Origin: Vibrio vulnificus CMCP6
GTDB taxonomy: Bacteria; Pseudomonadota; Gammaproteobacteria; Enterobacterales; Vibrionaceae
NCBI RefSeq assembly: GCF_000039765.1
Contig: NC_004459.3
Span: forward strand, 810,001-842,000
Length of the DNA: 32,000 nt
Direction of reading: 5' to 3'
How positions within the stretch are numbered: the first letter of the stretch is position 1; each line of letters starts with the position of its first letter. Below, in pieces: positions 18,393-28,493 of the stretch. A model generated the notes under the pieces. It was given only the letters and a program-made list of their open reading frames with translations. It made no database searches and was not told where the DNA came from. A program made the translations under genes and the position numbers.

Positions 18393-20369
18393 CTATGGTT
18401 GCGTGACCTGCAAACGCAAATAGTCATTCATCAATTTACGGTAATCCGCTGCCCATTCGGGCTGAGGGTTAGCAATGGTTGTTTCTTGCGAATACAACCC
18501 ATCGCCCCATGGGTAAAGCCGCTCTGGCTTCGACGTGCTATATGCACCCTGCTCTGTGATCACTCGAGACGCATTAAAACCGACATTGCTCACACCCTGA
18601 GTTGAGAGCATATTTTCCCCGCCAAGAGAGACATACTGCTGCGCAGATAAACTCAAATGGTAGAGCGTAGGAAAAATATCGCGATGAGAACCGATACGAC
18701 TTGGATCATACTGATGTTCCACATGCTGTAGGATGCTTTCAGGCACATAGAGATAGAAAGGCACCCCAAAGGTCAAGCCAAACTCTGCCTCTTCATCGAT
18801 GGCTAAGTAACGCACGCGATGATCGCCAGAGGCCGCAATGACGGTTTTCTCAGCCAATGGGGATTGCTTCACACCATGGACAAATTGACCTAGAGAATCG
18901 TTCGCGTATTGGTAGGCTTGCAACAAATCATCCGCCTCTTCCTCCATTGGACCCAGCAAGGTTTTTAATCGCTCACTTGCTTTAACAGGCTTAGCCTGAT
19001 AATCGCTCGGGGCGCGAAATGGCGAGTGGTTGGTCACCGTCATGATGTAAATCAGCGTCGGTTGCGTGGCTTCATCAAGCACTTTACGCGCAAACTTGAA
19101 GGTAAACGCATCGGGCACGCCCCAAGTATCGGCATGTTTAGCGGCATCAGGAAAGGCGTTTTTAATGCTGTTTTCATCGTAAACCTGATCAAAACCTTGT
19201 ACCGGCAAATAATTGGACAAGTTACGCCACATCCCATTGCCACCGTAGATAAACACCACACGATAACCTGCCTGCTTGTACGGTAACACCGCTGAGGATG
19301 CCAACGGTTTTTTCTGTGCACTGGAGTGGCTGATCGTCGGAACATCGCTGTGCATTAGCATCATTACGATGCTATCAATGGTTGCCGAAGTGCCAGCCAT
19401 AAAACGTTTGAAAACAAAATCTTGCTCAAATCCTTCACGTAATGCTCCTAACAAGTCGTTACTTTGAGCATCGTCTTCAATTAACACGTTGGTGCCCATC
19501 CCCTCCATCAGTGCCATCACCACATGCGGGGGATTTTCCGCGAGATAGGCATTCTCTGGCGTGGCGAAGTAAGGTGTAGGCTGTCCAAGCACTTTCATCA
19601 TTTGCGCTTCCACCGCTTGAGCAGAAATAGGCTCAAATTTCGATTGCTTCTTATAGTCACTTTTTGCCCAATCGAGCGCCATAAAGGCATTAGGGGTGAT
19701 GATATTCAGTAGCTTGTTATCTGACACATTGGCGTGATAACGCTTAAGTGGCAAGGTACCGATGGATCCTCTTGCGATCACCACATAAAGCAGAATCATC
19801 ACCACAATGACTGCCGTCGTATAACTCCAATGACGAGGCATGAAACGGCGTTTTTGTAAACGCTCAACCAGCCACTGCGCGCCAACTCGGCTCAACCATG
19901 CCACGGCAAGCGAAACGAAGAAGGAGCGCAAGATCGGGTAATCTTCCCAAGCATTTTCTAATACCGCTTCGGTATCATCATCGAATAAACCAAACGCAAA
20001 CACGTCAATATAGTTGCCATAAGTGACGTAGTAGTAATAGTTGCCGATGGAAAAGGCCGTGAGTAAAAAGAAAATCACAAACGCATAATTGGGAACGGCG
20101 CGTTGCCAGAGCGAAAAACCTCGAGCAAAGGCCGCCAATATCAGCCCGGCTAAAAATAATGGCGCAAAAGCAATCGCAATGATTTTGGCATCAAAACGCG
20201 CCCCCACCCAAAAGGCTCGGAATAGATCATTGCCTAGTCCAGTAAGATCAGAGAAATCTGCGGCCAACAATAAAAAAAGGCCGCGAGAGACCGTAAGCAG
20301 TAGTAACGCCGCAACGATTAAAGAGAAAATGATGCGCATCGCTCGGCGCGCATTTTGCTGGAAATCCAT
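18393..20369 (-). CDS. LtaS/MdoB-like membrane-anchored sulfatase-fold transferase (phosphoglycerol- or phosphoethanolamine-type; substrate unknown)
   Basis: 658 aa. It has an N-terminal polytopic membrane domain (about 5 TM helices) and a C-terminal domain with sulfatase-fold features (MEGMGTN, ASGDHRV). Confidence 0.65.
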   Translation of the reverse strand: MDFQQNARRAMRIIFSLIVAALLLLTVSRGLFLLLAADFSDLTGLGNDLFRAFWVGARFDAKIIAIAFAPLFLAGLILAAFARGFSLWQRAVPNYAFVIFFLLTAFSIGNYYYYVTYGNYIDVFAFGLFDDDTEAVLENAWEDYPILRSFFVSLAVAWLSRVGAQWLVERLQKRRFMPRHWSYTTAVIVVMILLYVVIARGSIGTLPLKRYHANVSDNKLLNIITPNAFMALDWAKSDYKKQSKFEPISAQAVEAQMMKVLGQPTPYFATPENAYLAENPPHVVMALMEGMGTNVLIEDDAQSNDLLGALREGFEQDFVFKRFMAGTSATIDSIVMMLMHSDVPTISHSSAQKKPLASSAVLPYKQAGYRVVFIYGGNGMWRNLSNYLPVQGFDQVYDENSIKNAFPDAAKHADTWGVPDAFTFKFARKVLDEATQPTLIYIMTVTNHSPFRAPSDYQAKPVKASERLKTLLGPMEEEADDLLQAYQYANDSLGQFVHGVKQSPLAEKTVIAASGDHRVRYLAIDEEAEFGLTFGVPFYLYVPESILQHVEHQYDPSRIGSHRDIFPTLYHLSLSAQQYVSLGGENMLSTQGVSNVGFNASRVITEQGAYSTSKPERLYPWGDGLYSQETTIANPQPEWAADYRKLMNDYLRLQVTQP

Positions 20370-20515
20370 TGACTAAAAACCTAACGGGTGAGCACTAAAG
20401 GGCGCACATCATAGCATAGAGAGCAAATTGCACCTCAACTCTGGGTGTCAAAGCAGTGATCAAACACACGGACGATCGGCATTTCTATCTCAGCCTTCAA
20501 CCCGTTTCAGGTTCA

Positions 20516-21325
20516 TTAGCACTGACAGTAAGAACAGTAGAAGGTATTGCGTTGCCCTATCTTCTGCTCTTGAATCGCTTCGCCGCATTCTGGGCATGGT
20601 TCTCCCGCTTTTCCATACACTTGCAATTCTTGGGCAAAATACCCCGGCTTACCATCGGCTTGGGAAAAGTCTTTCAATGTCGTGCCACCTTGCTCAATCG
20701 CCGTTTGCAAGGTTTGCTTGATGTGGCTCACCAAGCGTTGCCATTCCTCGGCACTGAGTGACATCGTCGCTCTGGTCGGCAGGATGCGTGAGCGAAACAA
20801 AGATTCGCTGGCATAGATGTTCCCCACACCCACTACGATTTTGTTGTCCATAATAAACTGCTTCACCGCAACGCGTTTTCCTTGCGCTTTTTCAAACATG
20901 TATTGCCCATCAAAGGCATTCGTTAGCGGCTCTGGACCAATATTACCCAACACATCATGGTCTTCCCCTGGCGCTGCATAAAGCCAAGCACCAAAGCGAC
21001 GTGGATCGTTGTAACGCAGCACTTTGCCATTAGAGAGTTTGAGATCGACGTGATCATGTTTGCCTGCTGGGAAGTCAGCGTCCAGCACACGCAATGAACC
21101 GGACATGCCTAAATGCACAATCGCACTGCCGACATCGGTTTCGATGATCAGATATTTGGCTCGGCGGCCAATATGACGAATCACTTGCCCTTGCAGCTTT
21201 TTTAGCTCACTTGGAATGACCCAGCGCAGTTTTGGGGTACGGAAAATCAGTGATTGAATGGTTTGATTGAGCAAATGCGGCGTAATGCCCATTCGGCTCA
21301 CTTCCACTTCTGGTAATTCAGGCAT
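20516..21325 (-). CDS. mutM: Formamidopyrimidine-DNA glycosylase
   Basis: [14 protein letters not shown] (catalytic Pro2/Glu3) and a C-terminal zinc finger [25 protein letters not shown]. The track ORF extends to 21412, but the ATG at 21325 with a GGAG SD gives the canonical 269-aa protein. Confidence 0.95.
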   Translation of the reverse strand: MPELPEVEVSRMGITPHLLNQTIQSLIFRTPKLRWVIPSELKKLQGQVIRHIGRRAKYLIIETDVGSAIVHLGMSGSLRVLDADFPAGKHDHVDLKLSNGKVLRYNDPRRFGAWLYAAPGEDHDVLGNIGPEPLTNAFDGQYMFEKAQGKRVAVKQFIMDNKIVVGVGNIYASESLFRSRILPTRATMSLSAEEWQRLVSHIKQTLQTAIEQGGTTLKDFSQADGKPGYFAQELQVYGKAGEPCPECGEAIQEQKIGQRNTFYCSYCQC

Positions 21326-21354
21326 GGTGGCTCCAAGGTCAAAATGCTCAATGT

Positions 21355-21852
21355 CTAGTAGGGAAACAAATAATCGGTTGAAACTGAAATGGCAATCCAT
21401 TGGTCTTGCCAATTCTTAAAGACCCAAAAATCCGTAAGACGGTAAAACGTGATTCTTTGTGGCTCTTCCTGATCTTGGTACCACACTTCGATGGTTTCTG
21501 GTTCAATCAATTGTGGCGCCAATTTTTGCATTGTCGCCTCATCCAATTGCGTCCCGAGTAACGATTGCCATCTCTGCGCCCACTCTTGCGGAGAAATGGA
21601 GAGCTCACGCGCGGTAACCCACATTCCCTTTTGCCACTCTAAGCTATTATCGGAAAGCTGGATGGAGAGTAACTGAGTCTCGGGGTTCAATAGAGAAGGA
21701 TAGCCGTTGATACTTTCAATCTGAGTCGTGCTCTGATCGTCAAGCAAATAGGTTTTGATCAACGTCGGGGCATTGATGATCACAATAAAGAAGGTGATGC
21801 CAGCGATGAGGATATTATTCCATCTCCGGCGACGCTTTGGTGAAACCCGCAT
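21355..21852 (-). CDS. Conserved hypothetical single-pass membrane protein
   Basis: The ORF is open to 21891. The ATG at 21852 ([29 protein letters not shown]) is preceded by AGGA and leaves room for a promoter. There is one N-terminal TM helix and no recognisable catalytic motif. It lies 29 nt upstream of mutM. Confidence 0.55.
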   Translation of the reverse strand: MRVSPKRRRRWNNILIAGITFFIVIINAPTLIKTYLLDDQSTTQIESINGYPSLLNPETQLLSIQLSDNSLEWQKGMWVTARELSISPQEWAQRWQSLLGTQLDEATMQKLAPQLIEPETIEVWYQDQEEPQRITFYRLTDFWVFKNWQDQWIAISVSTDYLFPY

Positions 21853-21881
21853 ATTCTCAATCCTGACTGATAACTGAGCAA

Positions 21882-21890
21882 AGTATACCA
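21882..21890 (-). promoter_or_regulatory. Putative extended -10 promoter (TGGTATACT) for the hypothetical-mutM unit
   Basis: The minus strand reads TGGTATACT (TGn plus TATACT) about 30 nt upstream of the ATG at 21852. No good -35 was found. This is a sequence match only. Confidence 0.35.
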
Positions 21891-21916
21891 ACCAAGAGAA
21901 AAGCGAGGTACTAGTT

Positions 21917-22056
21917 TTCTAGGTTCTAGGTTCTAGGTTCTAGGTTCTAGGTTCTAGGTTCTAGGTTCTAGGTTCTAGGTTCTAGGTTCTAGGTTCTAGG
22001 TTCTAGGTTCTAGGTTCTAGGTTCTAGGTTCTAGGTTCTAGGTTCTAGGTTCTAGG
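21917..22056. repeat. Perfect heptanucleotide tandem array (TTCTAGG)x20
   Basis: Direct reading finds 140 bp, 20 identical units and no interruptions. An extra out-of-phase CTAG (within ACTAGT) lies at 21910-21915. Confidence 0.98.
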
Positions 22057-22069
22057 AGGATCTTAAAAA

Positions 22070-22106
22070 ACAGCAAATAAAAAACCCAGCTCGAAAGCTG
22101 GGTTTT
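22070..22106 (-). terminator. Rho-independent terminator of rpmBG
   Basis: The minus strand reads AAAACCCAGCTTTCGAGCTGGGTTTTTTATTTGCTG. This is a 7-bp GC-rich core stem (CCCAGCT/AGCTGGG) extended by flanking A-T pairs, a 4-nt loop and a T-tract, 28 nt after the rpmG stop. Confidence 0.85.
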
Positions 22107-22133
22107 CTACAATCTTCAAAGAGACTCAATCAA

Positions 22134-22304
22134 TTACTTGATTTTCGCTTCTTTGTACACAACGTGCTGGCGTACTACTGGATCAAATTTTTTGATCTCG
22201 AACTTGCCTGGCATGTTGCGCTTGTTTTTGTCAGTTGTGTAGAAGTGACCAGTATTTGCAGTAGATACTAGACGAATTTTCTCACGAATGCCTTTCTTAG
22301 CCAT
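22134..22304 (-). CDS. rpmG: 50S ribosomal protein L33
   Basis: Not in the ORF track because it is under 60 aa. Hand translation gives [56 protein letters not shown] (56 aa), near-identical to E. coli L33. AGAGGA lies upstream. Confidence 0.95.
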
Positions 22305-22319
22305 TGCTAATTCCTCTTA

Positions 22320-22556
22320 TTAAACGTTTTCGCCGCGTGCACGCATATCAGCTAGAACAACATCGATGCCTTTCTTATCGATGATGCGCATGCCTTTTGC
22401 AGTCAGGCGTAGTTTAACAAAACGTTTTTCGCTCTCTACCCAGAAACGATGAGTTTGTAGGTTCGGCAGAAAACGACGCTTAGTAGCATTTCGTGCGTGT
22501 GAGCGGTTGTTACCAACTGCAGGACGCTTACCAGTTACTTGGCATACTCGGGACAT
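22320..22556 (-). CDS. rpmB: 50S ribosomal protein L28
   Basis: [34 protein letters not shown] is the canonical L28 N-terminus. The 5-codon extension in the track (to 22571) is not supported. Confidence 0.95.
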   Translation of the reverse strand: MSRVCQVTGKRPAVGNNRSHARNATKRRFLPNLQTHRFWVESEKRFVKLRLTAKGMRIIDKKGIDVVLADMRARGENV

Positions 22557-22669
22557 GAATGTCTTCTCCAAATCGTTTCAGCTCGATATCAACCTTGGTG
22601 GCCGAACCTCATCAATTAGAGGTCAAATACCATTATGGAAAATCCATACAAGGCTATCAAAGGTCGCGC

Positions 22670-22698
22670 ATTATACTAACTTGCCATGCATTGCTCAA
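22670..22698 (-). promoter_or_regulatory. Putative sigma70 promoter of rpmBG
   Basis: The minus strand reads TTGAGC (rc of 22693-22698), a 17-nt spacer, then TATAAT (rc of 22670-22675), about 115 nt upstream of the rpmB ATG. Confidence 0.5.
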
Positions 22699-22867
22699 GA
22701 CCCGAACAGATCCTTTTTACAGGTTTTCGTGATCTTTTTTTAGACAGCACGTTTTCAAGTAGTCCAAGCTGAATGTAAGTTAAAAATTTTGAGTGGCGAG
22801 GATTGTAGCAGAAACTCACTTATGAACAACAAAAAGTTTGCCTGTCAAGAGCGATGATTTTATTAAC

Positions 22868-23542
22868 TCAAATCCAGCCTCTTTCTGCAAAGGAAACCAC
22901 TTCCCCATCGCCCACCACAAAGTGGTCCAATACCCGTATATCCACTAAGCCCAATGCGTCACTCAAACGTCGAGTAATTCGCCGATCTGCTTGGCTTGGC
23001 TCTGCTACGCCTGAGGGATGGTTGTGCGCCAATATTAAAGCTGCCGCATTATAGTGTAAGGCTCTTTTAACAACTTCCCGAGGATAGACCGAGGCGGCAT
23101 CGATGGTGCCTTCAAACATCACCTCATCTTTAATGACACGATTTTGATTATCGAGGAACAACACATAAAACGCTTCTCGATGGCGATCGCGCAGCATGGA
23201 AGAGAGATAAAGCTTAGTGTGCTGTGGACTGGTGAGCGCATCACCACGTTGCAATGTTTCGGCCAAATAACGTTGCGTCATTTCCAAAACAGCTTGTAAT
23301 TGAACGTATTTTGCCTGCCCCAATCCTTTGTGACGGCAAAAGCTCTGTTCATCGGCGGAAAACAGTTTTCTCAGCGAGCCAAAGTCTCGCAATAAAAAAT
23401 CGGCAAGTTCAATTACGTTCATTCCTTGTGTGCCTGTTCGCAAAAAGATCGCAAGCAACTCGGCATCAGACAAAGATTGAGGCCCTCGCTGAAGCAACTT
23501 TTCTCTTGGCATGGATTCACTAGGCAGGTTTTTTAGGCTCAT
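22868..23542 (-). CDS. radC: RadC/YicR-family JAB-domain protein
   Basis: 224 aa. It has [27 protein letters not shown] and the JAMM motif [16 protein letters not shown]. Confidence 0.9.
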   Translation of the reverse strand: MSLKNLPSESMPREKLLQRGPQSLSDAELLAIFLRTGTQGMNVIELADFLLRDFGSLRKLFSADEQSFCRHKGLGQAKYVQLQAVLEMTQRYLAETLQRGDALTSPQHTKLYLSSMLRDRHREAFYVLFLDNQNRVIKDEVMFEGTIDAASVYPREVVKRALHYNAAALILAHNHPSGVAEPSQADRRITRRLSDALGLVDIRVLDHFVVGDGEVVSFAERGWI

Positions 23543-23584
23543 CGTCTCTCTCAGTCATCTTAGATGCGCCTATTGCAACGAGAA

Positions 23585-23616
23585 AACCAGCAAAGTCTAG
23601 TATGACGATGCTGGTT
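23585..23616 (-). terminator. Possible terminator hairpin downstream of the MCP gene
   Basis: AACCAGCA (23585-23592) pairs with TGCTGGTT (23609-23616). On the minus strand it is followed by TTCTCGTT. The loop is large (16 nt) and the T-tract is weak. Confidence 0.3.
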
Positions 23617-23655
23617 CGTTATTAATAGAAGACAATAATGTAACTGAGCATTTTA

Positions 23656-25323
23656 TCAGAGCTTAAAGTGACCGACCAAATCATGCATTTCTTGGCCAGA
23701 TACACTCAAGCGTGTGCTAATGGTTTCCGACTCTTGTAAGTTGTGATTAATCTCATTAACGATTTGCTGAATGGTGACCAGGTTTTGATTGATGTCCTCA
23801 GCGACCGCGCTCTGTTGTTCAGCGGCGGATGCCGTTTGAATGCCCATATCACGGATCATTTCCACCGCCGACTGGATACCAGCAAGTGATTCTTTGATTT
23901 GCACTGACTCAAGCGCCGTTTGTTCGCCACGCTCTTGGCTGGCAGACATAGTGGTGACCGCTCTGGCCACACCATTTTGCAACTGCTTAAGCATATCGCC
24001 AATTTCCAGCGTGCTGTTTTGTGTGCGACTCGCTAATGAACGAACTTCATCGGCAACCACGGCAAATCCGCGGCCTTGCTCTCCCGCACGCGCCGCTTCA
24101 ATGGCGGCATTCAATGCCAGTAAGTTCGTTTGCTCGGCAATTTCGCCTATCACTTGCAACACTTTGGTGATTTGATCGGTCTGTTGGCTAAGCTGAGAAA
24201 TGGCGTCTGAGGTGATGTTCACTTCGTCGACCAATTTACCAATCCCTTCTATCGCGTGATTCACTTCGACTTGCGCTTCTGAGATCTGCGCATTGGCAGA
24301 ATCAATGGCCTGCGCCGTGGCATGGGTATTGTTGGCGACTTCTCTCGCCGTGGCGCTCATTTCCGTCACGGCGGTGACTACTTTATCCGTCTCCAAACAG
24401 TGCGTTTGCATTTGGTTACTGGCTAACGAGGTTTGTTGATCCAGCCCAGAGGCAGCGCTTTGCACTGTTTGCGCCGAGCTGCGAATATCGACCATCAAAG
24501 GATGCAATTTGTCCATAAACTGGTTGAAGGCTTTGGCCACTTCCCCCACTTCATCTTGGCTTTCGACACTCAAACGAGCGGTTAAATCGCCACCGCCTGC
24601 CGCTACATCTTGCAATGAGGCCGCGATATGTTGCAGCGGCAAAATCGCCCGAGAAACAATCACGCTGATCACACCACACGCAATCAATAACCCCACCAAC
24701 GTGAATCCAATCGCCGATAAGGTATGCTCATTCAAACTGGCAATACTTTGTACACGATGCTCTGCCACTTGCGTGTCGATATCGTCAATGTAGATCCCTG
24801 TGCCGAGTACCCAATCCCATTTTGGTAGATATTCCGCATAACCCAATTTAGGCGCTTGCGCATTGATGGTCGGCTTGTGCCAAGAGAAATAAAGAAAGCC
24901 ATCGCCTTTTTGTGAAGCGTCAATCAACCCCGCTATCACCGCGACACCATTGTCATCTTTCATGCCGTAAAGGTTTTTACCTTCCAACTCCGGCTTGATC
25001 GCGTGCAGCGTGTTGACGCCTTTGGAATCATAAGCAAAAAAGTAACCATCACTTTCAAAGCGCATTGCTTTCAAAATCTGTTTGGCTTGTTGTTGATTGT
25101 TGCCATTCACATCCGCGTCATACAGCGGTTTAATGGCGGTGACGCCCATCATCAAATAGGCTTTTAACTCGCTTTTGCGCGTTTCAATCAGCTCATTTCG
25201 ATATTCGCTGAGTTCAACGTCTAAGCTTTTTACACTGTTAAAATAGAAAACCGCTGTCACCATCGCTGTCAGCAGCACTAATGGGATTAACGTTAGCAGC
25301 AATAATTTGTTCCGACTCTTCAT
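23656..25323 (-). CDS. Methyl-accepting chemotaxis protein with periplasmic single-Cache-type sensor, HAMP and MA domains
   Basis: There are two TM segments. The periplasmic [36 protein letters not shown]...[10 protein letters not shown] is Cache-like. The highly conserved signalling hairpin is [32 protein letters not shown]. The start is taken at [10 protein letters not shown] (25323) rather than the track start at 25377. Confidence 0.9.
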   Translation of the reverse strand: MKSRNKLLLLTLIPLVLLTAMVTAVFYFNSVKSLDVELSEYRNELIETRKSELKAYLMMGVTAIKPLYDADVNGNNQQQAKQILKAMRFESDGYFFAYDSKGVNTLHAIKPELEGKNLYGMKDDNGVAVIAGLIDASQKGDGFLYFSWHKPTINAQAPKLGYAEYLPKWDWVLGTGIYIDDIDTQVAEHRVQSIASLNEHTLSAIGFTLVGLLIACGVISVIVSRAILPLQHIAASLQDVAAGGGDLTARLSVESQDEVGEVAKAFNQFMDKLHPLMVDIRSSAQTVQSAASGLDQQTSLASNQMQTHCLETDKVVTAVTEMSATAREVANNTHATAQAIDSANAQISEAQVEVNHAIEGIGKLVDEVNITSDAISQLSQQTDQITKVLQVIGEIAEQTNLLALNAAIEAARAGEQGRGFAVVADEVRSLASRTQNSTLEIGDMLKQLQNGVARAVTTMSASQERGEQTALESVQIKESLAGIQSAVEMIRDMGIQTASAAEQQSAVAEDINQNLVTIQQIVNEINHNLQESETISTRLSVSGQEMHDLVGHFKL

Positions 25324-25604
25324 AACAAGTTCCGTCGCTATCCATATGATTGTTTTAATTTTTAAGAGGTATCGCAAACATTATCTGGTGTCTATTTAGT
25401 CAATGTCTGTGAGCAACGTGCTGTTTCTCTGATCTCTTTGTCGAGTTTGTCTTCAATTAGAGAAGTAAAACCGCCCTGGTCGTTTCTCTATTATTCAGGC
25501 GAACAATCCGATCCCAACCTTGCACTATCAATCGCCTATCTTTCAATCACCTGAGCAGATAATTTGTGTTAGGATCGGCAACAGTTATTTTGGAGAGTAA
25601 TCAA

Positions 25605-26810
25605 ATGCAAACATTGGCAGGAAAGAAGATTCTACTGGGTATCAGTGGTGGTATTGCGGCCTACAAATGTGCAGACCTCACCCGACGTCTTAAAGAAAGA
25701 GGCGCAGAGGTGCAAGTGGTGATGACCAAAGCCGCGAAAGAATTTATTACCCCGCTCACGATGCAGGCAGTCTCTGGCCGACCAGTCTCGGATAGCTTGC
25801 TTGATCCCGCCGCCGAAGCCTCAATGGGCCACATCGAGCTGGCGAAGTGGGCCGATTTAATTTTGCTTGCTCCTGCCACTGCGGATCTGATTGCTCGCAT
25901 GGCCGCTGGCATGGGCAACGACCTACTGACCACCTTAGTGTTGGCCACTGACGCCCCTGTTGCGGTCTCTCCAGCGATGAATCAACAGATGTATCGCAAC
26001 GTCGCGACCCAAGAGAACATTGCGACTCTGAGCCGACGCGGTATGGAAATCTGGGGCCCAGCGGCTGGCGAACAAGCGTGTGGCGATGTGGGCCCAGGCC
26101 GTATGTTAGAGCCGATGCAGTTGGTTGCGTTGTGCGAACAATTCTTCCAGCCAAAACCGCTGCAAGACAAATCGATTTTGATCACTGCGGGTCCAACTCG
26201 CGAAGCCATTGACCCTGTGCGCTACATTACCAACCACAGCTCAGGCAAAATGGGTTATGCGCTGGCGCAAGCCGCAATGCAATTGGGTGCGAATGTGACA
26301 CTTGTCAGCGGCCCGGTTTCTCTGCCAACCCCCGTCAATGTCAACCGCATCAACGTCGACAGTGCCCAAGAAATGTATGACGCCGTGATGGCTCAGGCAT
26401 CTGATCACGATATCTTCATCAGTTGCGCGGCCGTGGCAGATTACCGCCCAGCTACAATTGCTGAGCAAAAACTGAAGAAAACTGACGACAGTGATGAAAT
26501 GACCATCACTATGGTGAAGAATCCCGATATCGTCGCGTCTGTCTCCGCCATGACGGAGAATCGTCCTTTTACAGTCGGCTTTGCGGCAGAAACCAACGAC
26601 GTTGAAGTGTACGCTCGCCGTAAACTGGAAAAGAAAAAGCTCGATCTGCTCTGCGCGAACGACGTGTCCGTGGAAGGGCAAGGCTTCAACAGCAGCGACA
26701 ATGCGATTACGCTTTACTGGTCACAGGGAGAGAAAGCCCTGCCACTCAACAGCAAAGCGGTATTAAGTATGGAGATCTTGAAACAGATCCAAACCCTGAT
26801 GGGTCACTAA
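25605..26810 (+). CDS. coaBC: Bifunctional phosphopantothenoylcysteine decarboxylase / phosphopantothenate-cysteine ligase
   Basis: [29 protein letters not shown] is the flavoprotein N-terminus, and the CoaB half follows ([25 protein letters not shown]). The ATG at 25605 has a GGAGAG SD. The track's GTG at 25566 is an unsupported extension. Confidence 0.95.
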   Translation: MQTLAGKKILLGISGGIAAYKCADLTRRLKERGAEVQVVMTKAAKEFITPLTMQAVSGRPVSDSLLDPAAEASMGHIELAKWADLILLAPATADLIARMAAGMGNDLLTTLVLATDAPVAVSPAMNQQMYRNVATQENIATLSRRGMEIWGPAAGEQACGDVGPGRMLEPMQLVALCEQFFQPKPLQDKSILITAGPTREAIDPVRYITNHSSGKMGYALAQAAMQLGANVTLVSGPVSLPTPVNVNRINVDSAQEMYDAVMAQASDHDIFISCAAVADYRPATIAEQKLKKTDDSDEMTITMVKNPDIVASVSAMTENRPFTVGFAAETNDVEVYARRKLEKKKLDLLCANDVSVEGQGFNSSDNAITLYWSQGEKALPLNSKAVLSMEILKQIQTLMGH

Positions 26811-26912
26811 TCGACATATCGCCCTCCGTTATTGATCAGGTTATTCGTACAGCTTTTTGCTAAACGATCTCACAAAACCTGATCGATACCTGATGTCTTG
26901 AACTGGGCATGC

Positions 26913-26921
26913 TGATATAAT
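26913..26921 (+). promoter_or_regulatory. Putative extended -10 promoter (TGATATAAT) for slmA-lpxL
   Basis: TG at 26913-26914 and TATAAT at 26916-26921, about 40 nt upstream of the slmA ATG. This is a sequence match only. Confidence 0.35.
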
Positions 26922-26960
26922 CGCAGACGAAAAAACGTCTATTCAAAAGGAAGTTAATCA

Positions 26961-27551
26961 ATGGCAGGCAGTAAAAAATCAAACCGCCGTGAAGAGATCC
27001 TCCAAGCTCTTGCTCATATGTTGGAGTCTGCGGAAGGGGCATCGCGTATAACCACCGCGAAGTTGGCACAACAGGTGGGCGTATCAGAAGCGGCACTTTA
27101 TCGCCATTTTCCAAGCAAAGCGCGTATGTTTGAAGGTTTGATTGAGTTTATTGAAGAAGCCTTGATGTCGCGTATCAACCGTATCTTAGATGAAGAGAAA
27201 GACACGCTAGAACGTATTCGTTTGGTACTGCAACTGCTGCTCGCCTTTGCGGAGCGCAACCCAGGGTTAACGCGTATTATGTCCGGCCATGCGCTGATGT
27301 TTGAAAATGAACGACTGCGCGATCGCATTAACCAACTGTTTGAACGCATCGAAACTCAGCTGCGTCAGATTCTACGTGAGCGCAAATTGCGTGAGGGGAA
27401 ATCCTTCCCTGTCGAAGAGAAAATCCTCGCCGCTCAGTTACTAGGCCAAGTGGAAGGCAGTTTGAATCGCTTCGTTCGTTCCGATTTTAAATACCAACCA
27501 ACTGAAAATTTTGAGGAATACTGGGCATTGCTCAGTGCACAGATTAAGTAA
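26961..27551 (+). CDS. slmA: Nucleoid occlusion factor SlmA (TetR family)
   Basis: 196 aa. [59 protein letters not shown] aligns closely with E. coli SlmA (Ttk). Confidence 0.92.
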   Translation: MAGSKKSNRREEILQALAHMLESAEGASRITTAKLAQQVGVSEAALYRHFPSKARMFEGLIEFIEEALMSRINRILDEEKDTLERIRLVLQLLLAFAERNPGLTRIMSGHALMFENERLRDRINQLFERIETQLRQILRERKLREGKSFPVEEKILAAQLLGQVEGSLNRFVRSDFKYQPTENFEEYWALLSAQIK

Positions 27552-27554
27552 TTT

Positions 27555-28493
27555 ATGGCAACTGCAACAAAACCTGCGTTTTCAATTTCGCTGCTTCACC
27601 CTAAATACTGGCCTGTTTGGCTAGGCTTTGGCTTACTTGCCATCCTTGTCACCATCCTGCCGTACAAATTGCAACTTTGGCTAGGTCGCGGTCTTGGGCA
27701 ATTTTCCATGCGCTTCGCCAAAAGCCGTGTGCATGTCGCTCATCGTAACTTGGAGCTGGCCTTTCCAGAAATGGGCGAGCAAGAGCGCGAGGCCATTGTG
27801 GTTGAAAACTTCAAAAACACCGGCTTAGCATTGTTTGAAACGGGCATCGCCTGGTTTTGGCCAGATTGGCGCATCAAACGTCATGTTGTTTTTGGTGACA
27901 CCCGAGAACTGATGGAACTGGATGCCAATAAGAAAGGGGTGTTAGTGGTGTGTACGCACTCACTTAACCTTGAGATCACTGCACGTGCCTTTTCATTGTT
28001 TGCGCCCGGTTATGGCGTGTATCGCCCACATGACAACCCCGCTTACGACTTTATTCAAACTTGGGGTCGCACCCGTTGTGGCAACCAAATGGTGGATCGT
28101 AAAGATGTCAAAGGCATGTTGAAAATTCTACGCGGTGGTGGCCGCTTGTGGTACTTGCCTGACCATGACTATGGCAACAACCATGCGGTATTTGTCCCCT
28201 TCTTTGCAGTACCCGATGCGTGTACAACAGCAGGAACAGGCGTATTAGTGGATGCGAGTAAGTGTGCGGTGATCACCGCGTCTAGTTTCCGCAAAGGCGA
28301 AACGTATACGCTAGAAATCGACCCGGATATCAGCGACCAATTCCCACGTAAAGACGCGGTTGGTGCGGCAACGGTGATGAACCAAGCGATTGAGAAAGTG
28401 ATTTTGCGTGGATTAGATCAATGGATGTGGCTGCACAAACGCTTTAAGAGCATGGCTGACCCAAGCCAACCACGCGGCATTCGTTATAAATAG
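27555..28493 (+). CDS. lpxL: Lipid A secondary (Kdo-dependent) acyltransferase, LpxL/HtrB family
   Basis: 312 aa, collinear by eye with E. coli LpxL. Shared segments include LLHPKYWPVWLG, VAHRNLELAFPEM, the HS(x)4E active-site variant (THSLNLE), GVYRPHDNP, WYLPDHDYG and QWMWLHKRFK. It starts 3 nt after the slmA stop. Which acyl chain or position it serves cannot be told from the sequence. Confidence 0.85.
   Translation: MATATKPAFSISLLHPKYWPVWLGFGLLAILVTILPYKLQLWLGRGLGQFSMRFAKSRVHVAHRNLELAFPEMGEQEREAIVVENFKNTGLALFETGIAWFWPDWRIKRHVVFGDTRELMELDANKKGVLVVCTHSLNLEITARAFSLFAPGYGVYRPHDNPAYDFIQTWGRTRCGNQMVDRKDVKGMLKILRGGGRLWYLPDHDYGNNHAVFVPFFAVPDACTTAGTGVLVDASKCAVITASSFRKGETYTLEIDPDISDQFPRKDAVGAATVMNQAIEKVILRGLDQWMWLHKRFKSMADPSQPRGIRYK

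Noticed and set aside
20388-20399. GTGAGCACTAAA resembles the first 9 nt of the SlmA-binding-site consensus (GTGAGTACTCAC)
   Set aside because: The second half-site is not palindromic (AAA instead of CAC). A single partial match in 32 kb is expected by chance.
20428-20761. Two plus-strand ORFs (20428-20721, 20456-20761) near the mutM 3' end
   Set aside because: They are antisense to the mutM zinc-finger region, which is unambiguous. They are low-complexity translations.
21326-21412. N-terminal extensions of track ORFs: mutM to 21412, rph to 30354, rpmB to 22571, coaBC from 25566, yicC from 30463, MCP to 25377, hypothetical to 21891, dgkA to 14862
   Set aside because: Alignment by eye to well-known orthologue N-termini, together with Shine-Dalgarno placement, favours the internal starts. 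The extensions would also overlap upstream genes or promoters.
21917-22056. Considered whether the 7-bp and 8-bp arrays (also 28528-28663) could be CRISPR arrays
   Set aside because: The units are contiguous with no unique spacers, are far shorter than CRISPR repeats (typically 23-50 bp), and no cas genes are present in the window.
23840-26766. Shadow ORFs inside the MCP and coaBC genes (for example 23840-24175, 24509-24793, 25661-25948, 25756-26154, 26241-26681, 26441-26701)
   Set aside because: They are antisense or off-frame within strongly supported genes. The Ala/Ser/Arg-rich translations are typical of reverse frames of GC-richer coding sequence.
26860-27114. 84-aa minus-strand ORF in the place where dut would be expected
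   Set aside because: It overlaps the slmA start on the opposite strand, has no dUTPase motifs and is far shorter than Dut (about 150 aa).
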